From the NCBI GenBank assembly GCA_030141605.1, contig JAQGDQ010000099.1:327194-391193 (forward strand): DNA of 64,000 nucleotides. The letters run 5' to 3'. Source of the stretch: Tubiluchus corallicola (Eukaryota > Animalia > Priapulida). The notes under the pieces were generated by a model. It was given only the letters and a program-made list of their open reading frames with translations, had not been told where the DNA came from and did no database searches. Position 1 is the first letter of the stretch, and each line of letters opens with the position of its first letter. This document shows positions 1 to 36,139 of this stretch, piece after piece. A program made the translations under genes and the position numbers.

Positions 1-1255
1 TTTATTAGTACAAACACACAGGGCTTTTGTGTGCAAATGTTGTGGACCCCCATAAAGTACCAACTACTCAAGTGTGATGTTTAATGGAATTGCATTTGTG
101 ATTTACTTAGAAATTCACAGTCGTTATTAAGCGATTCCCACTGGGTTGATTTATTGATTACTTGTGCCTGGACAGACTGTAGCGATGGTAATTAAATTGC
201 ATTAAATTATGTTTGAACAATTTTGTGGTGTCTATGTCATTAATATGCTTTAACAATAATAAATGGTTAGTCAAAGACTTTGTAGACGTGGCGTCAGAAA
301 ATTTCGATTCGTGATACTACTACAGCATGTGTTGTTGTTGATGTTGGTGTTGCTGCTGCTGCTGTAGTCATTGTTGTTGTTGTTATTATGATATTGTCAT
401 GTATGATTGATAAGAAGCATTTAAATCGCGTAACTTCAAAAATGACAGTGGCAGTTGTTTTAGGAAGCTGATGACTTTACAGACCCACTACTGTTATACA
501 CAGTACAGCTATACAGACCAGGATGTTTATTGACTTTCTTGGCTGTTTTTAAAGTGACAGAAAGCCATCTGTGAATCGTAAAAAACTTTGTGGCGTGGTA
601 ATGTTTTTATTTCAACTTGAACCAACTGCGTTACACCAACCTACTACTCTTTTTTAACCGCATTCGCGCTGCATTCGTCAGTTTCTATTAATGTCAGCCA
701 TAGCGTTATGGAAGCAACTACAGGCCTGGATGCGCAAATTATGAAAGTGCGCCAACGCAATTTATACCAGCAGTCGGCGTAGTAAAAATAAACAGTTGGG
801 GCAGTTAATTCGCCTTAATAATGTGAAACGCATAAACAAAACTTCTAGACTTCTTCAATTGTTGTTTTTCTTTTACTTTTTGCTAATAATTAGAAGCTAG
901 GGTGGGTCATTTTAGGAGGGTGGGTGTAGTCACTGAACGTGATTATTAGACAAACATTGTTTTATACAACAGTAATTGTGGGGTAGCGTGCAACATGTGT
1001 GAGATTATATGATTAAAGACAAAGAGAACCATTGTTGTGTCTAGTCTAGTCACTAGTCAGTTACAGTATACATGCAGTATTGCAGTGTGTACAAGTGTTA
1101 TTGTTATGACTCACAAGTCTTAATATAGTTCTCCTAGTTGCGCCAAGTCATGTTAAATCTGTACCTCTGGCTCACACTTGATGAAAACCAAACCAGGTCT
1201 GTATGTGTGAAAAACTGATAGTGGTGATAAGATATTTTTCTGAGACGATTATCTC

Positions 1256-1330
1256 TTTTGGAACCACCCGTTCTTACTCATTTCCCTGCCTGTTTTTGAA
1301 ACCACCCACTCTTACTCATTTCCCTGACTC
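1256..1330. repeat. ~38-bp direct repeat, 2 copies
   Basis: aaccaccc..tcttactcatttccctg occurs twice. Confidence 0.75.
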
Positions 1331-1999
1331 CTGCAGTCCCATTTCTATCTTATTGGTTAATGTTGTCTGTCAGTCTGTGTGTGCTTGACACTTCAGTGAG
1401 CTGTTCTTATACAGCTGTTCAGTGTTCACATATCATAGTGATTTCTCTCACCGACACCATGGTGAAGGGATGCATAAGTCATCCAGTGGGAAGTTTCCTG
1501 TGAATTAGAAATTACTTTTGCGACATGCTAGCTTATTTTTACATACTAGTGAAACCTTGGAGTTGTGTGTTTGGAGTTGGGGTTGTGCATTGTGTATTAG
1601 CTGTTATGGGTTATACTTCATAAAACCATTGTCTTAGGGAACTGGACATATTAAAAATGTGTAGGTCTTGGTAACATAACTTTGTTTTTCGTCAGCTCAC
1701 ATAATTTCACTACATTGTGTTGTCAGGAGACGTCCGATGCTTCAAGTTTTAATAAATCTGAATAGGCTAAGTTTTGAACATTCTTAAACTTTTTCATTCT
1801 TTTATTTCATTGAAGAAGACGAAGGTTTGAGTCTTAGAATGAATTGCTGTTTGTTATTCCTGAAGTGCCATCTCTTAAAAGGATGTTGACTTAATACAAA
1901 TTTCATTTGGAAAAATGGTGTTTTGTATCGTGACACGTGAGAGAAAACATTTTTAATGCATCAGAAATGATAATTTACATAAAATAGCATTTGCTTCAG

Positions 2000-23709
<21,710 letters not shown>

Positions 23710-24084
23710 AAACATGATATAGTCTTAAATCTATTTTTCTTTTGTATAAACTTAAGATAAAGTTTTGATATGTAAATTTAAGTGAAATAGATGGGCAACA
23801 ATGCACATAGCAAATGCACACTATGGTAATAGCTGACAGATTGTTGAGCGTCTATTTTGATGTTTTACCATTTATTAATAAAATTTTCTTATTTTTGAAT
23901 AAATTATAAAAATTTTCCTGTCCAGCAAAACTGCGTGCTAAAAAGATCATACTAGACAACTAGGCCTTTTAATTGAGAGACGTCTATATTTTCTACATGG
24001 TGTGTTAACAGTGCCTGACTTTCTAAGATGACTAGATTGTTTTGTGATTATCACGCAAACTAACGGTTAAATATTACAGGAATA

Positions 24085-24456
24085 AACCTTTTCACAATTT
24101 TGTTGTGTGTATGCGCAGTTGCTGTAGGTCAAAGGTTAAGTGAACCCAACTACAACTGTCACGTGACGTGTGTAAAGCAAAGCCGTCTGGCGCATCAGTC
24201 CAGTGACTTCAGTTGTTTTATCGGGACTTTGCTTAATTATGCATTACTGTATGCGTAGGATGATTTACTACCAGGATCGTGCTTGGGAACAAGAAAAAAA
24301 TGAACTATTTAAGGTTCTAATTAGCTATTAAAACTGTTACCATTACAATAGCATGGGCTACGAGGCGTTGTCAAGTGTACACAAATGCACTATCTGTTAC
24401 ACTTAACATTTGACCTTTTCAAGATCGTCGTCAATTGCTGGAACTGTAAAAAGGCT
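24085..24456 (-). mobile_element. MITE family B, copy 3, inverted, in the probable PKN 3' UTR
   Basis: Reverse-complement match to copies 1 and 2 (e.g. ttgctgtaggtcaaaggttaagtgaa). Confidence 0.8.
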
Positions 24457-25175
24457 TACTGATTTTTGCTGCATTATGCTTTTTTGTGTATTACAGTCTA
24501 AGATGAAACTATAGATGTGTTTGGTGTGCTGCATTGCATGTGGCCCCATCTACTAAAAAAATGTTGTCCTTACTGTGAAAACTGTTTAGGGTTCACTGTT
24601 CCTAAAAAAGCATATTTTTACCAATTTAAAAACAGTTTTTCTGTGCGAAATAAGAAAATTTGTAAATGTTCCGTGCATATTGTACAAAACCAGGATTTGT
24701 ATTCTACGAGGATGCGTGCCTTATACTTAGTGTTGTTATTATTGTTGTAAATATTTATATTAAATAGTTATGTCAGTTTAATTTTGGTGCCAGCCAATTG
24801 GTGAAAATATGATTGTTTACATATTTGGTTCGACATTTTGGACAGAAATTTTGGTCTGCACGTTATGCATCAGTTTCTTGCTACTTTGCATGTATAAAAT
24901 AAACTGTTACGAGTCTGCTGGATATTTTTTGTGTATATTATGATGTCTATATTATATATTCTAGGTAATTATTTTAGCATACAATAGAGTTAAATGAATT
25001 TATTAGTCATATAATTATTATACTGCACTGCTATTTTGCATATCAGTAACAAATGTAAGGTATTTTTGTGTATTATTCATAATTGTTATGGCTTTGCTTG
25101 ATAAAACAGTTATGTCAATTAGCATGCTATGTCAGACAACCCAAAGTGCTGCAGTATTGAACGTAGAGTATGTTT

Positions 25176-25181
25176 AATAAA
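25176..25181 (+). terminator. Candidate distal poly(A) signal of PKN
   Basis: AATAAA followed by T-rich sequence; other AATAAA hexamers near 23877, 23899, 24081 and 24898. Confidence 0.4.
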
Positions 25182-25422
25182 CACGTAATTAAAAAACGTT
25201 TTTTAATTTTTATTTTCATAATACATTTTTGTTAAAAGAAAATGGCAGCATACATGTAGCACTTATACTGGCCTAAAAGTACAATGCAGTAATTTACTGT
25301 ACATTTACAATCACAGTTATAAATCAAATATATGTGCAATGAAAATTTTTGTCATTAAACAGAAAAATTTGAACGGGGAAAGGCTACAGTAAAGAAAGAA
25401 AAAAATAGCTTACATAAAATGA

Positions 25423-25545
25423 TTAAAGTTGCAGTTTGCTAGTCTGGTGTTGAAACCGACGATGTTTGGTGCATTTTACCACGTCATAATCAAGATCATT
25501 CCCGATAGCGACTACCACGCGAACGAATATTTGTATACACCTAAT
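25423..25545 (-). CDS. Candidate last exon of an unidentified minus-strand gene (IRCIQIFVRVVVAIGNDLDYDVVKCTKHRRFQHQTSKLQL*)
   Basis: GC-richer island with open frame, tctag acceptor and a downstream minus-strand AATAAA at 25209-25214; no family recognised. Confidence 0.3.
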   Translation of the reverse strand: MRCIQIFVRVVVAIGNDLDYDVVKCTKHRRFQHQTSKLQL

Positions 25546-25739
25546 CTAGAATACTGTTTGAACAATTTGTAATTGTAACCATGTAAATTTTGGGCAGGAG
25601 CATAACAAAATAACGACGTAGCTACCAATTTATGACATTTTATAAACCATCTTATGATAAAAAATTATTAATCTGACAGAGTGGTTAATCTGACTTAATA
25701 AGAGCAGATATTTACATTGCTAGACACTGTTGGCCTCGA

Positions 25740-26470
25740 ACGCTCTATGAACCGCCTAAATGACAAAAGTTGAGGTCAGACTGGCTGATGCCAAAGCAAT
25801 CACAAATATCTAAGCTTTAGCAGCCAATCCAACGTACCACAACATTTATATTGGACCGGATCTGACATACAGGCAGCGACAAGCAAACTATGAAAAGAGG
25901 GTTCAGGAGCACAAAGATAATAGCAGACTCGCAATCTCTGCCACAAACAATCCTAAATCTATGGATACTGCTACCCAAATAGCGGTAACTACACCCTGTC
26001 TTACAATCGTACCGTCTACCAGTACCCCTCTAACTACTAATTCCAGAATACAAATTCGTAAGACTTCATCATTGCCATATACCAGTGCTAACTCTTCCAT
26101 AGCTAGTTCCTCCTCACCTAAAACCTCATGTGCAGCTGTGGTCGGTTCAGAGGATGTAACTGCAAATTGCCAGAATCCAAACTTTTACAGACCTGGGCAA
26201 GCACACCCAGTCAACCTATAGTTTTTGTAAATAAAGTTGTAAACAAGAGCCTTGATCACTATCACTCTACTGCACCTTCTCAGCCTAACTCCAGTATTAT
26301 TTTTTTTCCTTTGCAATGCCTGGAGTCTTGCTAACAAAATACAGGATTTAGAAAGTTATATTTACTCACCGGATCCCGACGTCATATGTATAACTGAAAC
26401 TTGGGGACGATGCAACATAAATAATAGCATTTTCAAATTTCGTTATAAAGCATCTGTGCAACGACCCTAG
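25740..26470 (+). mobile_element. CR1/L2-type LINE 5' relic (end of ORF1 and start of the APE endonuclease)
   Basis: NIYIGPDLTYRQRQ resembles the ORF1 C-terminus; NAWSLANK...DVICITETW is the APE N-terminal signature; disrupted. Confidence 0.75.
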
Positions 26471-27545
26471 CCAGTAGCCCTACATCGAGACGTGTTTCCA
26501 TTAAATGAAGCGACGCGACAAAAATAGGACTCTCTGGACTTTCAAGGTGTGTTCGTTCGGTCTGAAAGGTTCAACCTAGGTCTATACTCCCAAACCCCGA
26601 GATGTTATGACGATTTGACGTATAGTGGACCCCCAACTGTGTGTATTAAGATTGGTACTACCCGAGATATTACCCAGCACGCTACAAATAATTAAGTCTG
26701 CCATTAATACCACTAATTGAGGGAGTACGGTGCGTTGTGTCTGTCGATGGAAATAATCGCCCACATTCTCTCCGTTTCTGTGATGTATAAAGCTACTGAC
26801 GCAGGCAAACACTTGTTCATTCACTTATATTGACTATTGATTATTAAATTAAGTATTATTTAGTATGTGATTCATCCTAATATATCCATTTCTGGTAAAC
26901 CAGGTTTCGTTATTATAGGTGCAATTATGATTGAATATGTTAAATAATCGTCCTGCCACACGTTCCAATCCCGACTCGAAGTAAGATTTCTATTCACGTA
27001 CTAGTATTACTAAACTGTTAAACATTTAGACTTGCCGCTTTTCCCGTGATCTTATTTCAACAGTTGGTCCTGATAAAGTATTTCTGTAGCCTCAACATGC
27101 AACACAGACGCAATAAAACCGAAACACTAAACAACTGAGTTAAAATATAAAAGCTCCCGACTAAATAACTTTAACGACGAAATAGTGTTTACATTGACAG
27201 AATTTCAAAGAGTGACATGATTTGAACTGATATAACTTACACGAATAGAACAGATTGTGAAACAGATTATTTTAACAACCTGGGCGCTTAAAAAGTGATT
27301 GTTTTGACATAGTAAGTTGATTTTACTAAAGTTAAACATTTTAAGCCAAAGATGAGGTGAACTAGGTCACCTGACACAATTTCATAATGTTAACAAGTGC
27401 AAGGAAGTACAAGGACGGTCACTTACCGAACCATTCTCTCTCACCACCACCTATTCCTGTCTCTACTCTAATTGTCTACCAAGCAAAAACACAGAGAGCT
27501 TCCACAATAAATATTCCCAGTAATGTTGTTTTCACCCAACTTGCG

Positions 27546-27772
<227 letters not shown>

Positions 27773-28149
27773 TTTCCCGCACCTGCATGACGTATATGTA
27801 TATCCTCAGCCCCACCTCTATGCCAAACACGACGCTCACATGACCACCACCAACAAGCCAAACTTGGCAAAATAAAGGTAGGGTGGTCCCGCAGTCTGAC
27901 CACACCCAGGTCATTACACAGCCCCCCTCTTGTTAACCAACCTCCTGGTTGTCAGAGGGATCCAGGAAGGAGCATCCCTTGCATTTTTCTCAAGTTTTAA
28001 TCCACTGAGTACAGGTAAGTGACCCGCTAGATAAAATGACAAAATTTTCCCCATAAACATTATATTACATCATAAACTTCATACATCATAAACATCATAT
28101 TCCCCATAAACTTACATCAGAGGTGACTGTTTAAATTAGTATTCTTGTA

Positions 28150-28690
28150 AAATATGCATTCTGTCTGTTTAGAGACATTGGTAGTTGCCTTCTAGAGTCC
28201 TCACCCTGGAATGACTGTGTGATGCTAGGAATGGCAGAGCCAATGACCCACTGTAGTCCTCCTGAAAATTCATGCAAACATGCAACTCATGCAACAAGCC
28301 AAGTAATTTGAATTTCGTGGCATCTGTACTCTCATCCCAGCTGCAACAGTCAAGCCATCGACAAACAATTCCCTTCAGCAGCTATAACAAAAGAAAAAAC
28401 TTCAGAGCTGGGATTACAGCATTTTGGACTCCATCGACTCTCTTCTCGTAGATGACTGATCAAGATGTTCAAGATTCTCGTGAGCACACCGATATCAACC
28501 ATGAAACTTTCTTCACTTGCACCAGAGGTCACTCTCTCAGACTTTACAAACACGGAGCTAATAGTCTAACACCGAGCGATACAAGCACAGCTTTTCTAAT
28601 GCCAAAACTGATCAAGGGAATTCCCTACAAGTCATGGGACTACAAAATATCGACGGTTTCAAAAATGCACTAGACAAATATTTGTGCACT
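28150..28690 (+). mobile_element. CR1-type LINE ORF2 3' relic
   Basis: TRGHSLRLYK and DGFKNALDKYL motifs, typical of the CR1 ORF2 C-terminus; frameshifted. Confidence 0.75.
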
Positions 28691-28694
28691 AAAC

Positions 28695-28854
28695 GTCTCC
28701 TATGTTAATATCTTTGAGGTATGACTGGAGACAGAGCATGTTTTTTTGTAAATATCTATCCACGAAGAGCACATTGAATTGGCTGTTATTTATGTGAAGA
28801 TAACTGTTCTGTTGCACGACAAACATCACAACGTGCTCACCGTTATGGTAATCA
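28695..28854 (-). CDS. Candidate internal exon of the unidentified minus-strand gene (DYHNGEHVVMFVVQQNSYLH...KDINIGD)
   Basis: Open frame; the weak GAC|gtttag donor is phase-compatible with the 25545 acceptor. Confidence 0.25.
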
Positions 28855-29567
28855 CTTATGTAAAGCAAAAGCTGTACAATTATCATTAGATCTGTCACTG
28901 CTTATAGCTTTACCATGGGTCTCACGATTTTAACTCATTTCTTATGGCCTCATGGTACACCTTTGCTTTCTCAAGAAAAATGCAAAGATCACGCTCAGTA
29001 AATTTTGTTACTACTGAATAATACTAAAAAATACAAAAGTTTTCTGTGAACCAGAATGGAATGCCGCCACATTCAAGCAACCTCTTAAAAAAGTTAATTT
29101 TATTTTGAAAAGAATGGTGATCAAATACTAAATTTGACAAACATGACATTATACTGCTGTTCTGAATTTCATGTTTCTACAAATTCGTTTCATATTGAAC
29201 TACACCAATTTAACTTTGAAAAAAAAACTTTAGTGTTGTTATGATCATAAACCTAGTTTTATATAAATTTTGTGATTTATAATCTCTATTATTTTAGACA
29301 TCTCCAAGTTTTCTTAAACTTTTTTGGAAAACTACCAAATGTATTCCAAATGGCTATTTCGTTTTATCCTACTGATAAACCAGCTCCAGTGTGGATATTT
29401 TAACAGCTAGTGGCATCCTTATTTTTATTATAGTACACTCTTTGACATGGGGTAGTAATGCATAATACAATGAAATTAACACTGCTGTGCTTGTGATCAT
29501 CGAATTCCATTACTTATTATTTCGCATACTTGCACCATTTGGAAAAATTAAAAGTCGAAGGACACTT

Positions 29568-29605
29568 ACACACGCACACACACACGCACTCACTCACACA
29601 CACAC

Positions 29606-29642
<37 letters not shown>

Positions 29643-29748
29643 CATTATATTATAGTATACATGTAGCTGCTTCTAATTACTACTGTTACCTTAATATAAA
29701 TATCATTATAATTTACTGTTATTCAAATATATATATATATATATATAT
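29568..29748. repeat. (CA)n and (TA)n microsatellites
   Basis: Seen directly in sequence. Confidence 0.9.
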
Positions 29749-30869
29749 GTAGAGGTAATTACGACTACACAAACTGACTAATTAATTATAATTGTCAAAA
29801 TTTTCAAACACGTTCGATGTTTTGATAATTTGTTATTAGGTTAAATTGCAGTAAGTTTAGGTATTAATATACAGCAATAATAATACTGTATTAGTATACA
29901 GCATAAATGTCCTCGTGAAGTCGATTATTAATTTATTATTAACTACAAAGTTTGAATAATTTCCCTAGATGTCTTACTTTAATGATCCTAGTAGGTATAA
30001 TGTAGGATTACCATTGCAATAACAGCTGCTCCTTACTATCGCACCACTAAATAAGTACTTTTATCTTCTTTTTATTATCAGTTATCTATCGCCCAAAATG
30101 TACATATTAGAGGCACGTAGGCTAATATTAAATTTTATAATAGGTCTAATTGTAATTGCGACAAAAATAATTATAACAGATATAATAAAATTAATCATAA
30201 AAATAATAACGAAAAATATTAATAATTTTACATGAACACTTTTACTTTGTATTAAGTGACCAAAAAAGTCTAAAGTAATATAGCAATTACTAGACAATGA
30301 TTACAATAATTTTTTAAATGATTTTTCATGAGAGTTTATCACGGGGGGGGGGGGGAGTTTTTGATTTATATAGCTCTTAACAGTCGGGCAAGGATTCGAA
30401 ATCATTTTGGGCGTCTAAAGACTTCCCATGCTGCTCCTCAGCTGCGCCATTATTTTTGGGAATCTTGTTGCTCAGGGAGTTTCTGTTGAAACCGACTCGT
30501 GTGTAATAAATTATCTTTTGCGGATTTCACATTGGATTTCACGTTTTTGATGGTAAGCATGTTAGCTTACGTAGGTTTTATTTAAAATATTTTATAATTT
30601 GAAAATGTTACTGTAAACGTAACAGATAATGACAGGGCCTGAGTCTTGAGCAATATACTACTGAAAAGTTTAACGACACACTAGAACCTCGGGGTGCCCA
30701 TGGTTAATATAAATGCTGAGAAAAACAACTCGCTAGTTTGTGATGGTATTAGAGGTCATGACTAAAGGTGAAACAGCGGCGTCAAACATAATGTGGGTGC
30801 AGGTTAAAAACATTGCCAGATTTACAGACAGGTTAAGTAGGGTGGTACCCTCATGATAGAGACAGCTGA

Positions 30870-31000
30870 GGAATCTAGTGCACTGAAGTGATCTTTAAAA
30901 GTGATATCTGGTGGAAGTTTGTTCTACAAGCGTGTTGCTCTGGGGCAGAAGGAGTATAACTGTAAGTATATAAACAAATAAGTAAGCCTGAGAGCCTAAG
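30870..31000 (-). mobile_element. LINE 3' relic
   Basis: YSFCPRATRL*NKLPPDI resembles SFFPR.IRLWN.LP. Confidence 0.5.
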
Positions 31001-31810
31001 TCCAAAGTCTTCTCTAACTTTAATTATAGGTTGGTGCTGGGGTTTTAATCCTTTGATGTCATAGTGTGCAGCACAAAAACTTGATTGTTATGAAATTTGG
31101 AAAATTGCACCGAACTTTCTAAATCTTGCCTCACTAAGAGACAACATTACATGGTTATTCCTTATACTATATAGGCGTATAACACTTTGTGGCAGAAAAG
31201 TGTATTTGATTTAGGTGGAATTTTTTATTTAATGGTTCGGTAGGATGTTGTAAGTGGGAGAGCGGTGCTGGTTGAAAACTTGCTGTTACAGTCAGTATCA
31301 GAAGTGGTTAGTAATTGTTTCTGTCTGTGGTTCCAGCTTTGCTATGAAAAGAAATGCTATGTATTAAGATAAGATATATGACTAGACTTTATTTTGCATG
31401 CAACACGACAAACAAATATACAAAGACAAATCATTCATTCACGATTCAAATCATTCATAATCATAAATCAGAAGCATTAAGCCATGGCATTAGTAAAAAC
31501 TTCAGAATATTTACTCCAAACTACATCAGATTGCAAAAAGTTAAAGTACTAGTCGACTACATTTATATCTAGAATGCAAAAAGTACTAACTCAACAAATA
31601 TCAATGCTAACATAGCTAGGATCATAGTCTGCTAGTGTGCCAATAGGCGACTCAAACTGGTTAGAAACAAGTTAGTGCAACTGCAACCAAAATAAATCAA
31701 TACACAAATGACGACAATGCGTAATGAGACACTAATGAAAACTGACAGCAGTATATCAACAGAGCCTGAGCACGACAATAAGAATACTTCTGTTTCCGTC
31801 TAATCGCCAA

Positions 31811-32412
31811 GGTAATATTTTTTCATTGCACACCCGGCTGAAAATTTTATAATTTTTTTTGTACATTCATATACTTACTTAATGCAGTCAGCATATTTTT
31901 TAAATTTAAAATGTAAAACGGAATAGTTATTATAACATCATCCTTTCAGGGAACGCAGAATGCAGCCATGTTTTTCATCACTAACTCTCAGCCAAAATTG
32001 CCATTTTGTATGATGCTCATTATATTGGAGGCTAAAAAGTATTGATTTTTCTGCGGAATCTATATATTAATGGCCGAGTTGTGTTGCCACTTATACCTTT
32101 ATACCATAATTATCAGAACATGTACGTTCATTGATGCACAATAATCGATAATTATACGATAATTTAGTAATGCGAACCTAAAAAACAAAGCATGAAAAAA
32201 TGAGCACTGAAAAAATTTAAAACATTACTGCTGAGCAGTGGAAAATAAACAAACTTTGATTTTAACTGATTTTAAATATTACACGATTCAGCTTTAAACA
32301 TTCACAAAGTTTTAACGAAGATTTCCAGAAAAAAATATTTTTCTTCCCTCGCTACTGACAACTTTTGAGCTCATGAGGTAAGACAGAAACAAATTATTTT
32401 TTGTGGCCGGCC
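31811..32412 (-). mobile_element. Inverted, one-end-truncated copy of the 20255-20882 element
   Basis: Long reverse-complement similarity (e.g. tttgagctcatga.gtaagacagaaacaaat). Confidence 0.75.
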
Positions 32413-33511
32413 TGATTCCAATTCAGTCAACTGATTAAGAACTAGAAGACAACAACAATAATTAAATTCGCAAGGAAGCACCCACTCTGCTTATGCGTGG
32501 CGCGGCCGACTCAACCCCCTGCAGGGAAGTGTTTAAAAGACTGGGAAGTTTTTAGACTCTCTGCATATTGCGACGTCCTTATTTAGCAACACTGCTTTAC
32601 GTTATACATCAAAACTCAAAACTCAAATGTTTTGTCCTCAAGACTTAGGACAAAACATACCATGCTAACTTAACTTAGGAATGCACATATGAATAATAAG
32701 CAGTAGGAACTATAAATATACTGTTTTTATAATTGCCAATATTCAAATACTAAATTATTAAAACTTACATATTATATCCTTGCAATACATTCCCATATTT
32801 ATCGCCTAATACACACTTGCTTGGGAACCACACATTCATAATTAGCAAGTAGAATATTGTGTGCAATGCCCCTAAGCATTTGTAGACTAAACAACTGTTA
32901 CAAGAACCAGCTTTCAGGCTAAAAATTCTTTAAATTTGGGTGGTCAGTATTGAAGTTAATATGGTGGAGTAAAATGTAATGCTGTTTTCTTTCTTAAAGT
33001 GCTCTTGCTGTAATTAACATCGTTATGAGTTTTATTATTTCATTTTTAATAGGAGCTGAAAACGTCGCATATAAGAGAAAAGTGGATGTCTTTATAGCAC
33101 ACATATAAACTGTTGACAACTTGGCTACAGCAGGTAAAGATATTTTTCTTATTTACGAATAAACATACGAATGTGTGCCTTGCTTCACTTACTTGTAATT
33201 AGTGAGTTTGTTCTTGTCAAAGGCATTTGTTCTTCATTCTGCTTGTGTCATTGTTTTTGGCTACCCCGGAAAAATTTTAATGAAATATATGGAAGTACAC
33301 TTTTGCGTTATTATGTCTACTCTCGCATTCTTGATATTTTCACTTATCCACATCCACATCTATGTTTATCGACAAAATGTTCATGCAGATGCTTCAGTCA
33401 ACACAATAGGAGCTGTTTATCATAATGGAAAATTTTCTCAGAAAAACTGAAAAAGAGTTCACGGTGACTCTGACACTGATGAAACTGGGCATTGTAATGG
33501 TGTCCGCTTAT

Positions 33512-33759
33512 TTAAACATTCATTGCTATCTGTAAAAGAACAAAGGTCTCTTTAATTATCCCATCAAAATCAAAATCGTTTTGGTCAGCATCTTCAGGTG
33601 ACAATATATCTACTAGCTTGAAATTAGATAAAGCAATATGCTGGACAATGTTGTATAACAACACATCTCTTTCATTAGAATAAAGCACACATTCAGACAA
33701 AAAAATGTTCTGTAGAATCCAATAAACTGTGCTCAGAGAAAAATGCATTCCTATACAAC
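33512..33759 (-). CDS. Candidate exon of unknown protein (CIGMHFSLSTVYWILQNIFLSE...DGIIKETFVLLQIAMNV*)
   Basis: aattcag acceptor, in phase with an upstream piece ending C|gtgagt at 33893 (ERLVLDIFKTIRRLILHC). Confidence 0.25.
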
Positions 33760-35259
33760 CTGAATTAGGCCTATACACTTATACTCATCTCAGTTTGCTG
33801 GACAAAAGTTGGGAAACGTCAGTCCGAATTTGTCGGTTGTTCGTATTTACCGATTCTAAGCTATTACAGAAGGCGCTGTGTATTAGACTCACGGCAATGT
33901 AGAATCAATCGCCTAATTGTCTTAAAAATGTCTAGTACGAGCCGCTCCTGACATATAGGCTACACACGTGGCGTTAAATGCTGCTTGATTGCATTGATGT
34001 AATGATGTAAACAAAGTGACGGCCTACCAACTAGTGGTCAGCTCGCGAAACAACAGACTGTGTCCGTATTCCATAGTATGCAGGACTTTTAATAGTCTAG
34101 ATTTTGTCCTATTTTTCTGATATCCATATAAGAGAGGACCGGTAAACCGAGATACGAGTGTAGTTTCACCGGTTATTTTGTACATACGGATGAGTTTACA
34201 TGGCTTTACAAGTTCTCCAAATTTTTGCGTGATTTCAAATAGCGGAAAGTTTCTGTCATATCAAAATGTACCTTTTAAATTTAAAACATAAAAGGTAATT
34301 ATAAGATCATCGTTTTCTCGAGGGCACCACCATGGCATTCACACACATTATCAGCCTTTCGCTAATCAGCTATTACTTACTAAGTGGCGCGTGTGTTGAG
34401 CTGGCGATCTGCATCAACATGAATTTATTGCAAAATAAACAGACAAAGCACGCATGAAATCGGATCGAGAAAATTGATACATTAAAGATGTTTGCCCCAA
34501 TGCTCAACAGTACTGGTTTTTTGTCTATTGAATATTTGTCTATTGTCTATTTTTTGTCTATTGTCTATTAATATTTAATATGTTGGATTCAATAATATAA
34601 TGGGCTTCCTTCTAAAAAATGACTAAGATGTTGCACATTACTCTATTTAAAACGCTGACTGTGGCTGTGATCACTAGCATAATATGTGATGTACAGATTC
34701 AGTTTGATACTTGTAGTATGTAATATTAACTGCAACCGTGTACTAGTATTCTGCCTATGCTTTTATTAATATTTCTTCACACTTTCTTCACTTTTCGCAT
34801 TTCAAATGATTAATGTGTAGATGCCAAGTACTAATAATGTGGAGTTCTGAGCGGTTGCCATGTTGATCTAGGCGTTGTTTGGCACTTAGCGATTGCTTAT
34901 TTTGAAAGTATCACAAGTCTTTTTTTGTTTGTTGTATATGTTATTCAAATAAAAATGTTCTTAATTTGTCAGCTGTTCAAATTTTATAAGCTTTCAAGTG
35001 CAAAGCACAGGGTAGAAAATTTTAGACTTTATACGCTTTGCTCGCTCTTTAGCGATTTCAAGGCTGATCACTCATAGCTTTAGATGTGTTGTGAGTTTTT
35101 TCTAGAGCATAAATGTTGTGGAGTACACACATTCTGAGTTGAAGCAAATATAAATATATTACATTTATTGATGAAATAAACAATCAGTTACCAACGTGAT
35201 AGAAACGGAAGAAATTTAAGAAAGCAGAATTAAATTTAGACATGTCATAATCACAAGTA

Positions 35260-35380
35260 CCTGTATGGTCTCGTGGTCATGATGCTGGTTATGTAATCCA
35301 AAGGTTCCTGTTGGTTTGAATCCATGCCAAGTTATGACTTTCCTCAATTTTTTCTTTTCGGTCAAGTTAAGGTTTAAGAA
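35260..35380 (+). mobile_element. tRNA-derived SINE head
   Basis: A-box-like TGGTCTCGTGG and B-box-like GGTTTGAATCC; no intact cloverleaf seen. Confidence 0.5.
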
Positions 35381-36139
35381 TTCCAGAATTGTGGATTGGT
35401 TTTATCTTTAAACCAATTTTACCAATTTTATACTCCAAACTGTGTAGTACTTGTTTTACTGATGCTCCCATAATTTGTGTTCAGAATGATTTAAAGTTTT
35501 TGGATCTCTGCTGGGTGGGCTTACAATGCTCCATTGCTCCCCCAGACTCCCTAGCTGCTTCTAGACTTCTGATTTCAGTTCCTGCAGTCCAATACTGCTA
35601 TTGGGCTGTTGTATCGTAGATGAAGTGGCAATAGTATAATTTGCCTAGTTGCAGATTTACAGATTTTAGCTTTTCGTTTAAATACCTAGCTACCATAGAC
35701 CTAAGTTCATTTAGTGTTGTGTCTGAGCCTGAGGCATTGATTAAATCCCTGTCAATCTCCATATATTATAATAGCCATAAGTGGTTGCCCAATGCTCATA
35801 TGTTGAAAGGGTTTAATTTGCCACTTCTGCTATTGTTGCATACATTCTTTGGCTTTGCCTGGCCGATATTTTAGGTTAGTGCATTTTCCTAACAAGGAAT
35901 TTAAAAGTTGTGTAAATACTGTATAGAGTTCAGTGAGTGGGTGTATATTTGCTTTTTAGAGGTGACTACCAGGTTGAAAGCCTAGCAGTGCTGGATGCTT
36001 GACTGTCTGGTTGAATGCCTAGCAGACTGCTGGATGCTTATCTGAATAGTATGTGAAAGCTTATCTCCTACAGTGACTGAATAGTTTTCAGCAATTTTGA
36101 AGTTATTTTAGTTTTTAATTAACTGCACAGTCGTTATAC

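Noticed and set aside
25903-26221. Ser/Thr-rich ORFs as an independent gene
   Set aside because: They lie in the linker between LINE ORF1 and APE relics
35260-35330. Possible tRNA gene (also 49432-49500)
   Set aside because: A and B boxes are present but no convincing cloverleaf; treated as SINE heads
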